Made by a program: the position numbers and the translations under genes. The notes below the pieces were generated by a model. It was not told where the DNA came from. It saw nothing but the letters and a program-made list of their open reading frames with translations, and ran no database searches. Below, piece by piece: positions 62,601-64,000 of a stretch of DNA of 64,000 bases; the stretch's first letter is position 1, and every line of letters starts with the position of its first letter. The stretch lies in assembly GCF_036321535.1 (NCBI RefSeq), contig NC_087447.1, positions 34,164,001-34,228,000 on the forward strand. Direction: 5' to 3'. The DNA comes from Camelus dromedarius. Taxonomy: Eukaryota.

Positions 62601-64000
62601 TTCAGGGGAAAGTGTGAGAAAGATGAGATTCTGGTCAGGTTCTGCCACCCTATCCAACTCTGCATGCCTGTTCCCCTGTTCACACCAATGGGGTAATCTA
62701 CTATGTAGGAAAAACCAGCTCATGTCACAGTGTCACCATCTGCACTGTGACCGAAGCCATTACTAAGAGGAAATTTTAATGGAGGAGAGGGAAATTGAGG
62801 GTTTTCCAGGACCAGAGGTTAGGTCTGGGGAACCATGGGTTTCTCAGAGCTTCTTGGCTATCTTTGAACAAGGTACTTAATCTCCCCAAGCTTCACTTTT
62901 CTTTTCAGTAAAATGGGGTAAATTATCCCTTTCTTGAAAGCCTATTGACTCCTCCCAAGAAACTAATATTTACAGTCTTAGAAAACACAAAACACTGGGT
63001 TAAATTCTTTTCCACATGTTATTATTTCAGTTCATTTTTACCACTAACAAAGTAGATATTATCATCACTTTCCAGATGGGGAAATGGAGGGACAGAGTGT
63101 TTTAAGTGCCTTCCTAAAATCACAGTTATTAAATGGCAGAGTTGGAATTCGAACACTTGCTGGAAAGTGTTTTGTAAGCTATAAAGCCTAGACAAACTCG
63201 GGACATTAACAACCAAACAGCAAGAGCTTCACTGCTATTGAGGAGAAAAATGACCACCTTGTTTCATCCTTTTCCTGGCCCTTCAGTAGTGAGTCAAGGC
63301 AAGTAATCAACCCATTCCAAACTAAATCCAATCTTTACATCAGAAAGACAAAGGGCACTTCACAGAGGAAAGAGTGATTTCTCCCACATCCTTTTGGACA
63401 TGCTTTATGGATGATACTTATGTTCTTTTACAGTGTTTGAAATCTTCTAGAGCAGGGAGAGTTTTAAATCAATATAAACATTACAGGCATTATTTTGGTG
63501 TCAAAATACTCCCATAACAGGGATTTTTCAAACCACCATTTGCCAGTGCTTAGGATTCCTGAGGAAGTTCATGTAAGTTCTTATAAGAATATGATAGTTT
63601 GGGGATCAAAACGCTCAAATATGTGCAGGGGCAGGCAGGTAAAAACTAAGTAAAAGAAGGTGGGTATAAGACAATAGGGGATGGTGGGGAGTCTGACTAA
63701 AACAGCCGACACTCACCTAAAGGGGGCAGCTGCTACCCAGTTTTAGCCAATTTTTTCCTGTGGGGTGCCAACTCATTATTGCCCTTTTTTTTTTTTTCCT
63801 AAAAAAAAGCCAGAAAATCTTTTTTTTGTGAAGCTCATTGATTTTCATCTAACTACTGGCAACTGTTTAGTTTTTGTTTTAAAAGGTCTTCTGGGACCTG
63901 AACTTAGCTTGTTGGTCACTGTCCTCCATCCTCTGCTTAAGTGAGCACACTGGCATTCATCTACTGACCAGTTCCCAACACACAGATGCCACAGGCTAAC

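Larger units (their letters stand above)
1..64000 (-). other. NAV2: Internal part of the NAV2 (neuron navigator 2) transcription unit; four coding exons, remainder intronic; gene start and end lie outside the window
   Basis: Four minus-strand exons splice in phase to give IENIDACLNFLAAKGINIQGLSAEEIRNGNLKAILGLFFSLSRYKQQQQQ...AEMQS(SASSKDSSQSKIIRFTLGQKKIS)RLPGPTARVSAAGSEAKTRGG...SSHEK, recognised as the N-terminal CH domain and linker of NAV2. I found no NAV2 start or stop in the window. Confidence 0.93.

Noticed and set aside
1..64000. A novel multi-gene system, nested gene, miRNA or snoRNA
   Set aside because: I could not support any second gene, structured RNA or unexplained large-scale periodicity by eye. 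An Infernal/Rfam scan and multi-species alignment would be needed to exclude small RNAs.

Overview
This is mammalian genomic DNA, not prokaryotic. The whole 64 kb window lies inside NAV2 (neuron navigator 2), transcribed on the minus strand. Four coding exons can be read with GT-AG boundaries and consistent reading phase. They are 51697-51769 (73 nt, part of the calponin-homology domain), 40808-41072 (265 nt, end of the CH domain plus a Q/P-rich linker), 36619-36687 (69 nt, frame-preserving cassette exon) and 28311-28477 (167 nt). The rest is intron filled with old mammalian repeats (MIR, L2, MLT1, MER3/20/21/58/63) and younger insertions (tRNA-Ala-like SINEs, 5'-truncated L1 ends with target-site duplications, solo ERV LTRs). 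The SINEs resemble the camelid Vic-1 family, suggesting alpaca/llama/camel. Repeat family names and human-protein comparisons are from recall, not a search. Almost all ORFs in the supplied track are chance intronic ORFs. I see no convincing new biological system. The best leads are two. First, the 69-nt cassette exon adds an RVxF-like motif and changes the charge context of a junction-spanning SRLP (SxIP-type) motif. Second, there is a possible unannotated, in-frame 96-nt exon at 50801-50896 next to a homeodomain-site-rich block.
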